Of a stretch of DNA of 64,000 bases, positions 49,828 through 64,000 are shown piece after piece (the stretch's first letter is position 1; the number at the start of each line of letters is the position of its first letter). The stretch comes from Mustelus asterias (lineage: Eukaryota): positions 372,001 through 436,000 of the forward strand of contig NW_027590217.1 in the NCBI RefSeq assembly GCF_964213995.1. The letters are read 5' to 3'. The notes beneath the pieces were generated by a model. That model worked only from the letters and a program-made list of their open reading frames with translations, did no database searches and was not told where the DNA came from. The translations under genes and the position numbers were made by a program.

Positions 49828-52800
49828 GAACACAGTTACAGCGTGGGACTGTACACAGAGTGAGAGAACTGTACACAAACACAGTGACAGTGTGGGACTG
49901 TACACAGAGTGAGGGAACAGTACACAAACACAGTTACAGTGTGGGACTGTACATAAACACAATGACAGTGTGGGACTGTACACAGAGTGATGGAACTGTC
50001 CAGAAACACAGTGACAGTGTGGGACTGTACACAGAGTGATGGAACTGTACACAAACACAGTGACAGTGTGGGACTGTACACAGAGTGAGGGAACTGTACA
50101 CAAACACAGTGACAGTGTGGGACTGTACACAGAGTGATGGAACTGTCCAGAAACACAGTGGCAGTGTGGGACTGTACACAGAGTGAGGGAACTGTACACA
50201 AACACAGTGACAGTGTGGGACTGTACACAAAGTGAGGGAACTGTACACAAACACAGTTAGTGTGGGACTACACAAAGTGAGGGAACTGTACACGAACACA
50301 GTTACAGTGTGGGACTGTACACAGAGTGAGGGAACTGCACACAAACACAGTTACAGTGTGGGACTGTACACAGAGTGAAGGGACTGTACAGAAACACTGA
50401 CAATTTGGGGCTGTACACAGAGTGAGGGAAGTGTACACAAACACAGTGACAGTGTGGGACTGTACACAGAGTGAGGGAACTGTACACAAACACTGACAGT
50501 GTGGGACTGTACAGAGTGAGGGAACTGTACACAAACAGTGACAGTGAGGCACTGTACACAGCGTGAGGGAACTGTACACAAACACAGTTACAGTGTGGGA
50601 TTGTACACAGTGAGGGAACTGTACACAAACACAGTGACAGTGTGGGACTGTACACAGGGTGAGGGAACTGTACACAAACACAGTTACAGTGTGGGACTGT
50701 ACACAAAGTGAGGGAACTATACGCAAACACAGTGACAGTGTGGGACTGTACACAGAGTGAGGGAACTGTACACAAACACAGTGACAGTGTGGGACTGTAC
50801 ACAGAGTGAGGGAGTTGTACACAAACACGGTGACAGTGTGGGGCTGTACACAGAGTGAGGGAACAGTACACAAACACAGTGACAGTGTGGGACTGTAGAC
50901 AGAGTGAGGGAACTGTACACAAACACAGTTACAGTGTGGGACTGTACACAGAGTGAGGGAACTGTACACACACAATGACAGTGAGGGACTGTACACAGAG
51001 TGAGGGAACTGTACAGAAACAGTTATAGTGTGGGATTGTACACAGTGAGGGAACTGTACACAAACACAGTTACAGTGTGGGACTGTACACAGAGTGAGGG
51101 AACTGTACACAAACACAGTGACAGTGTGGGGCTGTACACAGGGTGAGGGAACTGTACACAAACACAGTGACAGTGTGGGGCTGTACACAGTGAGGGAACT
51201 GTACACAAACACAGTGACAGTGTGGGACGGTACACAGAGTGAGGGAAGTGTACACAAACACAGTTACAGTGTGGGACTGTACACAGAGTGAGGGAACTGT
51301 ACACAAACACAGTGACAGTGTGTGGCTGTACACAGAGTGAGGGAAGTACACAAATACAGTGACAGTGTGGGACTGTACACAGAGTGATGGAACTGTACAG
51401 AAACACAGTGACAGTGTGTGGCTGTACACAGAGTGAGGGAAGTGTACACAAACACAGTGACAGTGTGGGACTGTACACAGAGTGAGGGAACTGTACACAA
51501 ACACAGTGACAGTGTGGGACTGTACACAGAGTGAGGGAACTGTACACAAACACAGTGACAGTGTGTGGCTGTACACAGAGTGAGGGAAGTGTACACAAAT
51601 ACAGTGACAGTGTGGGACTGTACACAGAGTGATGGAACTGTACAGAAACACAGTGACAGTGTGTGGCTGTACACAGAGTGAGGGAAGTGTACACAAACAC
51701 AGTGACAGTGTGGGACTGTACACAGAGTGAGGGAACTGTACACAAACACAGTGACAGTGTGGGACTGTACACAGAGTGAGGGAACTGTACACAAACACAG
51801 TGACAGTGTGGGACTGTACACAGAGTGAGGGAACTGTACACAAACACAGTGACAGTGTGGGACTGTACACAAACACAGTGACAGTGTGGGACTGTACACA
51901 GAGTGAGGGAGCTGTACACACACACAGGAACATAGAACATTACAACGCAGTACAGACCCTTCGGCCCTCGATGTTGCGCCGACCTGTGAAACCAATCTAA
52001 AGCCCATCTAACCTACACTATTCCAACATCATCCATATGTTCATCCAATAACCATTCGAATGCTCTTAATGTTGACGCGTCTACTGCTGCTGCAGGCCGG
52101 GCATTCCACGCCCTTACTCCTCTCTGAGTAAAGAACCTACCTCTAACATCTGTCCTATATCGATCACCCCTCAATTTAAAGCTATGTCCCCTCGTGTTAG
52201 CCATCACCATCAGAGGAAAGAGGCTCTCACTATCCACTCTATCTAATCCTCTGATCATCTTGTATGCCTCTATTAAGTCACCTCTTAACCTTCTTCTCTC
52301 TAACGAAAACAACCTCAAGCCCCTCAGCCTTTCCTCATATGATTTTCCCACCATCCCAGGCAACATCCTGGTAAATATCCTCTGCACCCTTTCCAACGCT
52401 TCCACATCTTTCCTATTATGTGGCGACCAGAACTGTACGCAATACTCCAAGTGCGGCCACACCAGAGGTTTGTACAGTTGCAACATGACGTCCTGGCTCC
52501 GAAACTCAATCCCTCTACCAATAAAAGCTAACACACCGTACGCCTTCTTAACAACCCTATCAACCGAGGTGCCAACTTTCAGGGATCTATGCACATGGAC
52601 ACCCAGATCCCTCTGCTCATCCACACTACCAAGTATCTTACCATTTGCCCAGTACTCTGTATTCCTGTTACTCCTTCCAAAGTGAATCACCTCACACTTT
52701 TCCGCATTAAACTCCATCTGCCACCTCTCAGCCCAGCTCTGCAGCTTATCTATGTCCCTCTGTAACCTGCCACTTCCCTCCACACTGTCTACAACTCCAC

Positions 52801-54755
52801 CGACTGGAGTGTCACATAAGAACATAAGAAATAGGAGCAGGAGTGGGCCATCTAGCCCCTCGAGCCTGCCCCGCCATTCAATAAGATCATGGCTGATCTG
52901 ACGTGGATCAGTACCACTTACCCGCCTGATCCCCATAACCCTTAATTCCCTTACCGATCAGGAATCCATCCATCCGCGCTTTAAACATATTCAGCGAGGT
53001 AGCCTCCACCACCTCAGTGGGCAGAGAATTCCAGAGATTCACCACCCTCTGGGAGAAGAAGTTCCTCCTCAACTCTGTCTTAAACCGACCCCTTTATTTT
53101 GAGGCTGTGTCCTCTAGTTTTAACTTCCTTACTAAGTGGAATCTCTCCGCCTCCACCCTATCCAGCCCCCGCATTATCTTATAAGTCTCCATAAGATCCC
53201 CCCATATCCTTCTAAACTCCAACGAGTACAAACCCAATCTCCTCAGCCTCTCCTCATAATCCAAACCCCTCATCTCCGGTATCAACCTGGTGAACCTTCT
53301 CTGCACTCCCTCCAATGCCAATATATCCTCATATAAGGGGACCAATACTGCACACAGTATTCCAGCTGCGGCCTCACCAATGCCCTGTACAGGTGCATCA
53401 AGACATCCCTGCTTTTATATTCTATGCCCTTCGCAATATAAGCCAACATCCCATTTGCCTTCTTGATCACCTGTTGTACCTGCAGACTGGGCTTTTGCGT
53501 CTCATGCACAAGGACCCCCAGGTCCCTTTGCACGGTAGCATGTTTTAATTTGTTTCCATTGAGAAAGTAATCCCATTTGTTATTATTTCCTCCAAAGTGT
53601 ATAACCTCGCATTTCTCAACGTTATACTCCATTTGCCATATCCTCGCCCACTCACTCAGCCTGTCCAAATCTCTCTGCAGATCTTCTCCGTCCTCCACAC
53701 GATTCACTTTTCCACTTATCTTTGTGTCGTCTGCAAACTTCGTTACCCGCAAATTTACTCACCCATCCTTCTACGCCCTCATCCAGGTCATTAATAAAAA
53801 TGACAAACAGCAGTGGCCCTAAAACAGATCCTTGCTGTACACCACTCGTAACTGAACTCCAGGATGAATATTTCCCATCAACCACCACCCTCTGTTTTCT
53901 TCCAGCTCGCCAATTCCTGATCCAAACCACTAAATCACCCTCAATCCCATGTGTCCGTATTTTCTGCAAAAGTTTACCACGGGGAACCTTCTCAAACGCT
54001 TTGCTGAAATCCATAAACACATCAACCGCTTTACCCTCATCCACCTCTTTGGTCACCTTCTCAAAGAACTCAAGAAGGTTTGTGAGGCACGACCTACCCT
54101 TCACAAAACCGTGCTGACTATCCCTAATCAAATTATTCCTTTCCAGGTGATTATAAATCCTATCTCTTATAATCCTTTCCAATACTTTGCCCACAATAGA
54201 AGTAAGGCTCACCAGTTACCAGGATTGTCCCTACTCCCCTTTTTGAACAAGGGGACAACATTTGCTATCCTCCAGTATTCTGGCTACAGTGTGGGACTGT
54301 GCACAGAGTGAGGGAACTGTACAGAAACACAGTGACAGTGTGGGACTGTACACAGAGTGAGGGAACTGTACACAAACACAGTGACAGTGTGGGACTGTAC
54401 ACAGTGAGGGAACTGTACACAAACACTGAAAGTGTGGGACTGTACACAGAGAGGGAACTGTACACAAACACAGTGACAGTGTGGGGCTGTACACAGAGTG
54501 AGGGAACTGTTCACAAACACTGACAGTGTGGGGCTGTACACAGAGTGAGGGAACTGTACACAAACACAGTGACAGTGTGGGACTGTACACAGAGAGAGGG
54601 AACTGTACACAAACACAGTGACAGTGTGGGACTGTACACAGAGTGAGGGAACTGTACACAAACACAGTGACAGTGTGGGGCTGTACACAGAGTGAGGGAG
54701 CTGTACACAAACACAGTGACAGTGTGGGGCTGTACACAGAGGGAGGGAGCTGTAC
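49828..54755. repeat. 49-bp minisatellite (49828-51925, about 43 copies; 54286-54755, about 10 copies) split by CR1 insertions
   Basis: Unit ACAGTGACAGTGTGGGACTGTACACAGAGTGAGGGAACTGTACACAAAC. Confidence 0.97.
51927..54285 (-). mobile_element. CR1 with a second CR1 (52815-53745) nested inside
   Basis: Outer RT is split near its FADD region. The inner copy is nearly identical to 57166-57853. Confidence 0.88.
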
Positions 54756-57165
54756 GGAAATGGTTGAAATGTTTGGCTGTACACAGGGTGAGGGAACACG
54801 GGGTTCGTACGTGACAGTGTTGAGACAGGGCTGATAGTAAATCCAGAGCTGCCCAAAGGAAGATTGAAACAGCTGCCAAAACAATGGTTTCAATTTGTAC
54901 ATTATGAAGCGGCTTCCTGAAATCAGGTGATGACTTCGATCATTTGTGAAGATTTTATGTTCAACTAAATTAAATTTGTTGATTAAAACAAAACAAAATT
55001 ACACTTAAACACAACAATCAGTTCACACAGTTAGCACTACTTTTTAATAGTTCCAGAAAGATCTCGGGTGAAACGCGACGCAAAGCGAACCTTCCATTTT
55101 CTGATGGTGACTCCTGTTGGATATTTAAATCTGTGGAACTCCAGTAAGTTAACCAACAATGTCCTGTTGTTCTTGGCGTTTTCTCTGACTGTTGCAGCAA
55201 ACTGTTTTTCCAGGTCTGATCCTGTCCGCACAGTGCCTTCTTTTAGCTATTACCAGCCACCACACCATCTGCTTGGGGATATTAGCAGCTCCCACACTGT
55301 CTCCTTGGAGATCTCAGTAACTAACACCCTTACACAGGCTTCAGTATTTTCTTCAATGTGATCCTTCCCTTTGGTCTCCCTATTCTGTATTTTTTCATGC
55401 AGTCTCTCAGACGTTTCCCTTTTCCCAGAACTGCCTCATTTCCATAACTATACAGCCCCTACATTTTAAACAGTAAACGAACCCTACCTTTGTCTCAGCT
55501 TCTTACAATTTTACAACTTTGATTTGATTTATTATTGTCACATGTATTAACATACAGTGACAGGTATTGTTTCTTGCGCACTATACAGACAAAGCATACC
55601 GTTCATGGAGAAGGAAACGAGAGAGTGCAAAACATAGTGTTACAGTCAGATCAGGGGCCCATACCAAGCTGTGATACAACCAGAAAGAATGCTTTCTATG
55701 GTGCATCTGTAAAAGTTGGTGAGGGTCATAGCTGACATGACAAATTTCCTTCGTCTTCTGAGAAAGTAGAGGCGTTGGTGGGGCTTTCTTAACTATAGTG
55801 TCGGCATGGGGGGGACCAGGACAGGTTGTTGGATATGTTCCAAACTATTTATTCTGTTGCCTGATGTAAATTCTAATGAAATTCCCCTGGTTCACTCTGT
55901 TCATTAACATATCAACACCATTTCTTACTGATGTTTCGATCCTTGCAGTCTCTCTTAATCCAATTACACCAATCACACCCCCACTAGCCTGTTTTCCAAT
56001 CTGTGAGAATTATTATTACTCTGTGAGAGTTATTACCAAAAAAAATATTATAACTCCTCGTTTACAACGTGGATCTGTTTTAAGGTTGTGTAAATGAACC
56101 TTTATTTGGCTTCTTGAGTGGCAGGCAGTAGTTTGGGTGCAACGACTGAAGGGGATTTATTAAGTAATAATAGCAGTATTATAGCAGGATGAAGTAGAAA
56201 GGATCGAGAGCTTCAGGTTTTTAGGTGTCCAGATCACCAACAACCTGTCCTGGTCCCCCCCATGCCGACACTATAGTTAAGAAAGCCCCACCGACGCCTC
56301 TACTTTCTCAGAAGACTGAGGAAATTTGGCATGTCAGCTATGACTCTCACCAACTTTTACAGATGCACCACAGAAAGCATTCTTTCTGGTTGTATCACAG
56401 CTTGGTATGGGGCTCCTGCTCTGCCCAAGACCACAAGGAACTATAAAAGGTCTTGAATGTAGCCCAATCCATCCTTCTTCCTTCGGGAAAAAGATACAAA
56501 AGTCTGAGGTCGCATACCAAGAACAGCTTCTTCCCTGCTGCCATCAGACTTTTAAATAGACCTACCTCGCGCTTAGCTGAGCTTTCTCTACACCCCAGCT
56601 ATGACTGTAACACTACATTCTGCACTCTCTCCTTTCCTCTATGAACGGTATGCTTTGTCTGTATAGCGCACAAGAAACAATACTTCTCATTGTATGTTAA
56701 TACATGTGACAATAATAAATCAAATCAAAGTTACGGCCTGAATTTTAATTAATTTAATTAATTAATTTTACCAAAATTAAGCTCCTACATTTTAAAAAGC
56801 AAACTTACCCTATCTTTGCCTCACATGCTGACAATTTTACAACTTGGATATGTTCCTCTTTGAACTGAAGCAACCCAGTTCCAAACTATTTATTCTATTG
56901 CCTGATGTAAATTCTAATGAAATTCCCCCGGTTCACTCTGTTCATTAACATATCAACACCATTTCTTACTGATGTTTCGATCCTTGCAGTCTCTCTTAAT
57001 CCAATTACACCAATCACACCCCCACTGGCCTGTTTTCCAATCTGTGAGAAATACGACAGTGTTATTACCAAAAGAAAAATATTATAACTCCTCGTTTTCC
57101 TGACAACAGTTACAATGTGGATCTGTTTTAAGGTTGTGTAAATGAACCTTTATTTGGCTTCTTGA

Positions 57166-59176
57166 GTCTGCAGGTACAACAGGTGATCAAGAAGGCAAAT
57201 GGGATGTTGGCTTATATTGCGAAGGGGATAGAATATAAAAGCAGGGATGTCTTGATGCACCTGTACAGGGCATTGGTGAGGCCGCAGCTGGAATACTGTG
57301 TGCAGTATTGGTCCCCTTATATGAGGAAGGATATATTGGCATTGGAGGGAGTGCAGAGAAGGTTCACCAGGTTGATACCGGAGATGAGGGGTTTGGATTA
57401 TGAGGAGAGGCTGAGGAGATTGGGTTTGTACTCGTTGGAGTTTAGAAGGATGAGGGGGGATCTTATGGAGACTTATAAGATAATGCGGGGGCTGGATAGG
57501 GTGGAGGCGGAGAGATTCTTTCCACTTAGTAAGGAAGTTAAAACTAGAGGACACAGCCTCAAAATAAAGGGGGGTCGGTTTAAGACAGAGTTGAGGAGGA
57601 ACTTCTTCTCCCAGAGGGTGGTGAATCTCTGGAATTCTCTGCCCACTGAGGTGGTGGAGGCTACCTCGCTGAATATGTTTAAAGCGCGGATGGATGGATT
57701 CCTGATCGGTAAGGAAATTAAGGGTTATGGGGATTAGGCGGGTAAGTGGTACTGATCCACGTCAGATCAGCCATGATCTTATTGAATGGCGGGGCAGGCT
57801 CGAGGGGCTAGATGGCCTACTCCTGCTCCTATTTCTTATGTTCTTATGTTCTTATTGAGTGGCAGGCAGTAGTTTGGGTGCAACGACTGAAGGGGGTTTA
57901 TTAAGTAATGATGGCAATACTTAATAAACAGGCATTAGTTCACGAGTCACACACAGCCTTTCCTGTCCAGAGTAACTCAGACACAGATCAAAGCTCATTC
58001 TCGTCAGGCCTGACTTCTTTCTGCTGTTTTCCTCCTCCTCCTCCTCGCTTCCACCATGCATGTTCACATGTTGTTTCACACGTAACACATTACAGTTCTG
58101 CACAGACGTTGCCAGACTCGCTGAGTTTTTTCCAGCACTGTCTGTTCTATTACAAGTTACAACAGCACACTGACACCAGTGCAGTATCAGTATTCAACAC
58201 GTGCGGCACGATGGCACAGAGGTTAGCACTGCTGCCTCACAGTGCTAGGGACCCCGGTTCAATTCCGGACTCAGGTCACTGCCTGTGCTAGGATGTGACC
58301 GGGACTTGATGGTTTATACTAATGACTTGGATGAGAATATGGGAGGCATGGTTAGTAAGTTTGCAGACCACACCAAGATTGGTGGCATCATGGACAGTGA
58401 AGAAGGTTATCTCGGATTGCAACAGGATCTTGATCAATTGGGCCAGTGGGCTGATGAATGGCAGATGGAGTTTAATTTAGATAAATGTGAGGTGATGCAT
58501 TTTGGTCGATCGAACCAGGGCAGGACTTACTCAGTTAATGCTCGGGCGTTGGGGAGAGTTACAGAACAAAGAGATCTAGGGGTACAGGTTCATAGTTCCT
58601 TGAAAGTGGAGTCACAGGTGGACAGAGTGGTGAAGAAGGCATTCGACATGCTTGGTTTCATTGGTCAGAACATTGAATACAGGAGTTGGGACGTCTTGTT
58701 GAAGTTGTACAAGACATTGGTAAGGCCACACTTGGAATACTGTGTGCAGTTCTGGTCACCCTATTATATAAAGGATATTATTAAACTAGAAAGAGTTCAG
58801 AAAAGATTTACTAGGATGCTACCGGGACTTGATGGTTTGAGTTATGAGGAGAGGCTGGATAGACGAGGACTTTTTTCTCTGGAACGTAGGAGGCTGAGGG
58901 GTGATCTTATAGAGGTCTATAAAATAGTGAGGGGCACAGATCAGCTGGATAGTCAATATCTTTTTGAGTGTCTGGAACGAGCTGCCAGAGGTAGTAGTAG
59001 AGGCAGGTACAATTTTGTCTTTTAAAAAGCGTTTCGACAGTTACATGGGTAAGATGGATATAGAGGGATATGGGCCAAACCCGGGCAATTGGGACTAATT
59101 TAGGGGTTAAAAAAAGGGGCAGCATGGAAGTTGGGCCAAAGGGCCTGTTTCCATGCTGTAAACCTCTATGACTCTA
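57166..59176 (+). mobile_element. CR1 3' fragments (57166-57853, 58310-59176)
   Basis: ORFs 57162-57737 and 58285-59025. Confidence 0.9.
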
Positions 59177-60395
59177 TGAGTCTGCACATTCTCCCCACCG
59201 TGTCTGCATGAGTTTCTTCCAGCAGTTCCGGTTTCCTCCCACACTCCAAAGTTGTGCAGGTTCGGTGGATTGACCATGCTAAATTGCCCCTGATGTCAGG
59301 GGGTCGAGCTTGGGTAAATGCATGGGGTTATGGGTGGGATTGTGGTCGGTGCAGACTCAATGGGCCAAATGGCCTCCTTCTGGTTCGCAATGCCTTGGGT
59401 AGTGGTCAGTTAGCAACTGCATTTGTCTTTTAAAAAATTCTTAGGCGAGGATACAAATTCCACCCAGACCCTATCCCAGTAACGCCGTGTATTTACCCTT
59501 CTGGAGAACATGCCCCTGTCTACATCAATGGGGACCAAGTAGAAAGGGTCGAGAGCTTCAGGTTTTTAGGTGTCCAGGTCACCTACAACCTGTCCTGGTC
59601 CCCCCCATGCCGACACTATAGTTAAGAAAGCCCCACCAACGCCTCTACTTTCTCAGAAGATGAAGGAAATTTGGCATGTCAGTTACGACTCTCACCAAGT
59701 TTTACAGATGCACCATAAAAGACCATAAGAAATATGAACAGAATTAGGCCACTCGGCCCATCGAGTCTGCTCCGCCATTCAATCATGGCTGATTTTTTCT
59801 TATCCCCATTCTCCTGCCTTTTCCCCATAACCCCTGATCCCCTTATTGACCAAGAATCTATCTATCTCTGTCTTAAAGACACTCAATGATCTGACCTCCA
59901 CAGATACACCATAGAGAGCATTCTTTCTGGTTGTATCACAGCTTGGTATGGGGCTCCTGCTCTGCCCAAGACCGCAAGGAACTACAAAAGGTCGTGAATG
60001 TAGCCCAATCCATCACTCAAACCAGCCTCCCATCCATTGACTCTGTCTACACTTCCTGCTGCCTTGGGGAAAAGCAGCCAGCATAATTAAGGACCCCCAC
60101 GCACCCCGGACATTCTCTCTTCCACCTTCTTCCATCGGGAAAAAGATACAAAAGTCTGAGATCACGTACCAACCGACTCAAGAACAGCTTCTTCCCTGCT
60201 GCTGTCAGACTTTTGAATGGACCGACCTTGCATTAAGTTGATCTTTCTCTACACCCTAGCTATGACTGTAACACTACATTCTGCACCCTCCTTTCCTTCT
60301 CTATGAACGGTATGCTTTGCCTGTACAGTGCGCAAGAAACAATACTTTTCACTGGAGAGAAAGATCAGCCGAATGCAAGGTAAGTCCATTCAAAA

Positions 60396-60888
60396 GGAGG
60401 GGAGAGGGAGGGAGGTGGAGGGGAGAGGGAGGGAGGTGGAGGGGAGAGGGAGGGAGGTAGAGGGGAGAGGGTGGGAGGTGGAGGGGAGAGGGAGGGAGGT
60501 GGAGGGGAGAGGGAGGGAGGTGGAGGGGAGAGGGAGGGAGGTGGAGGGGAGAGGGTGGGAGGTGGAGGGAGAGGGGTGGAGGGGAGAGGGAGGGAGGTGG
60601 AGAGGGAGGGAGGTGGAGGGGAGAGGGAGGGAGGTGGAGGGGAGAGGGAGGGAGGTGGAGGGGAGAGGGAGGGAGGTGGAGGGGTGAGGGTGGGAGGTGG
60701 AGGGAGAGGGGTGGAGGGGAGAGGATGGGAGGTGGAGGGGAGAGGGAGGGAGGTGGAGAGGGAGGGAGGTGGAGGGGAGAGGGAGGGAGGTGAAGGGGAG
60801 AGGGAGGGAGGTGGAGGGGAGGGGAGAGGGAGGGAGGTGGAGGGAGGTGGAGGGGAGGGGAGAGGGAGGGAGGCGGAGGGGAGGGGGA
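60396..60888. repeat. G/A-rich 21-bp tandem repeat
   Basis: Unit GGAGGTGGAGGGGAGAGGGAG. Confidence 0.95.
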
Positions 60889-61112
60889 TGTTGAAGTGAG
60901 ACGGGGTCCACTGGGTGTGAATGATTTTTTTCTCTGCGGTGTGAAGTGATACAACACCGCTCTCTGCTGGTGGACAGTCGCTCCTACAGCACAGTCCATG
61001 GATCCCCGTCCACAGGGCCTGCAGCTTGTCGTGGAGCCCATCAACCAGAGGGTAGCATTGTGTGTAATTCATCCAACCCACCCCTGATAGAACAGCTCGT
61101 ATTGCAGCAACA

Positions 61113-61680
61113 ACGCACACACAGACAGATAGACACACACACACACATACACACAAAGACACACACACAGACAGGCATGCACACACAGACACGCACACAG
61201 ACATGCACACAGTCACAGACAAGCATACACACACACACACAGATACACACACACACAGACATACACACACACAGACACAAACAGATGGACAGACAAGCAT
61301 GCACACACACACACAGACCGACACACACACACACATTCATAGACAGATACATACAGACGAGCATGCACACACACACAGATAGACACACACAGACAGACAG
61401 ACAAGCATGCATACACACACACACATACGAACACACAGACAGACACACGCAGACAGATACACACGTATACACACACAAGCGTGCGCACACACAGACAGAT
61501 ACACATGCAAGACAGACACACACAGATACACACACAGGCAGATACACACACACACAGGAAGCACACGCACACAAATACACACACAAACAGATATACACAT
61601 ATGCACATACAGGCGTGCACACACAGATGGATAAACAGATGCAAGACACACACACAGGCAGATATACACACACGCACACA
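61113..61680. repeat. Degenerate (CA)n low-complexity tract (related tract at 62930-63070)
   Basis: CA/CAGA runs. Confidence 0.95.
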
Positions 61681-64000
61681 AGCATTGTAAGTTTTTCGGG
61701 CAACACCAACGCATATAAGGACTGTAAAACGCACATTGGCCATTTAAATGGTAGAAGTGGCCATGTTTGGCTGCAGAAACTGGCTGTTTTCTCCCAGCAG
61801 ACTCAGCCCTGCCTGTGTGCAGAAAGGGTGCCTCCAGTCGAATTCACAAACAGTCAGGGTCCAGACAGGCTGCTGATTAGATTAACTGAATCACAAAGGG
61901 AGCAGATGACGTCACCAGACCAGACCTGCATCGAGATTGGAAGATCGATACCAACCACAATGTACCTGGATAAGATACAATAGATATGATAATGGGGCTA
62001 TCCAGCAATAAGGAGAAACCCATCTCCATGATGGGAAAGCAATCTGTAAAGTGATTAGGAACATCGATGGGCCATTCATACTGGACAAGGCAGTCTCAGC
62101 CGTTTGTGATTTCAATAGACTGTGCTATCACTGAGGCTGATAGCGATCCAGGACCATTATTCTTGCAATTGCCGGTGGGGGCGGAGCTCACGGGACTTTT
62201 GAAATCTGAACTTTGAAAAGTGTGGCTTCGCAGCCATTCTCTTTCTCTTCGAACCCGCATGGCAACTCTCTCACCCTCCTGAACCGTGTTGCAGACAGCA
62301 GTTTTCCAGCACACAGCCAGCCCAGAAGGTCAAGGTCGGCTCGACTGAGTATTTCCTAGTAATTTGCGAAGTTCCCGAGGGTAACATAGCAGTGGAGGCT
62401 TTTGTGGGAATGGTGGGTGCATGAACCTTTTCATAGTATAAGATATTGCTAACACTGTTTAAAGTTAGAATTTACGTTGTGCCCGTTTAGTTTTGTTCCC
62501 ATAGTCATAGTTATAGAGTATAAGATACCTATATGTTTGTTTTCTGGTGTTGATGAGGTTTAATTTTGGTGTTTAATAAAAGATATATGATTTGAACTCG
62601 ATTGGAGCCCATCTTGCTCTTTCATTTTCTCATCAGCTATCTCTGGTCGGGTCACATTTTAATATCCCTTACCATAATTCCGGAGTCGAGAACCGAGGGT
62701 ACTCTGGGCAATTCGAACCCGCCCACTCAGGAAAGGCTGCCAGGTAGTGGATAGGCAGCAGTTTCCTTTTCTCTCTCTTGGGGGCGCTACTCGAGTGAAG
62801 TCGGCGCAAGGTGGCCGTTGTTCCATCGGCGAGAGAGAGAATCACTCGGGCATTGGTGGGTTTTGGGTAACGGAGAACCAAACCTAAAATAAGCCTGTGA
62901 GTGGAGTTAAAAAGAGGGAGCCCGCTGCAGCGTGCACACACAGACAGATACACAGATGCAAGACACACACAGAAACACACAGACAGGCAGATACACACAC
63001 ACACACAGGCATGCATGCACATACAGATACGTACACACAGACAGATACACATATACACACACACACACATCTTTTATTGCTGATCAGAGACATGCTGAAG
63101 CTTCCCATTTTGCACTCATCAGGGCAGCTTGCAGGATAATCCAGCAGACACAGAGAGGCAGGAGAAACAGTGAGAGTGATAGAGAAATAAAGCAAGCGAG
63201 AGAGAGAGAGACAAAGAGCGAGAAACAGCTGAGAGCAGAAATCGGATCGTTGGCGTTGGTGGGCTTTCTTAACTATAGCGTTAGCGTGGAGGGACCAGGA
63301 TAGGTTATTGGTGATCTGGACACCTAAAAACCTGAAGCTCTCGACCCTTTCTACTTCGTCCCCGTCCATGTAGACAGGAGCATGTTCACCTTTATGCTTC
63401 CTGAAGTCGATGACAATCTCCTTCGCTTTGTTGACATTGAGGGAGAAATTATTGTCGCCGCACCAGTTCACCAGATTCTCTATCTCGTTCCTGTACTCTG
63501 TCTCGTCATTGTTTGAGATCCGACCCACAATGGTGGTGTCGTTGACAATTGAAGACTTGAAAATCGAGTTGGAGGGGAATTTGGCCACACAGTCAGAGGT
63601 ATAAGGAGTATAGTAGGAGGCTGAGACACAGCCTTGTGGGGCGCCGGTGTTGAGGATGATCGTGGAGGAGGTCACACAGCCCGGACATTCTCTCTTCCAC
63701 CTTCTTCCGTCGGGGAAAAGATACAAAGGTCTGAGGTCACGTACCGACCGACTCAAGAACAGCTTATTCCCTGCTGCTGTCAGACTTTTGAATGGACCCA
63801 CCTCGCATTAAGTTGATCTTTCTCTACACCCTAGCTATGACTGTAACACTACATTCTGCACCCGCTCCTTTCCTTCTCTATGAACGGTATGCGTTGTCTG
63901 GACAGCGTGCAAGAAACAATACTTTTCACTGTATCCCAATACATGTGACAATAATAAATCAAATCAAATCAGATCAAATCAAAAGTATTTATAAAATTCC

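Noticed and set aside
61686-62675. Possible solo LTR (TATA-like word, AATAAA, ...CA end)
   Set aside because: I could not define matching termini with a target-site duplication.

Overview
Cartilaginous-fish (shark-like) genomic DNA, rich in CR1 LINEs, tRNA-derived SINEs, Rex1/Babar-like LINEs, Penelope fragments and minisatellites. The main content is one apparently intact immunoglobulin heavy-chain cluster of the IgW class on the minus strand (about 24100 down to 3175). Its order is: TATA-like promoter, leader, VH, JH, CH1, CH2, a separate Cys-rich short-form secretory-tail exon, CH3, CH4, CH5, CH6 plus long-form secretory tail, and TM1. TM2 was not found. All exons have GT-AG boundaries, compatible phases and open frames. 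CH1, JH, the short-tail exon and TM1 are missing from the ORF track and were translated by hand. Unusual points: (1) VH carries a 20-nt D-like extension before a 23-RSS and faces a 12-RSS JH with no free D, i.e. an apparently germline-joined VD-J. (2) A solo LTR with a 5-bp TSD lies between the two RSSs. (3) The CH5 acceptor is a perfect recursive-splice motif (CAG|GTGAGT), while CH6 lacks the IgM-type internal donor. (4) The short-tail AATAAA lies inside its last codons. (5) An upstream 49-bp minisatellite spells a cryptic 12-RSS in most units. Penelope-derived hammerhead motifs and an unexplained inverted pair of exon-like paralogous blocks lie upstream. No other host gene was recognised in 24.1-64 kb. 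Repeat boundaries are approximate.
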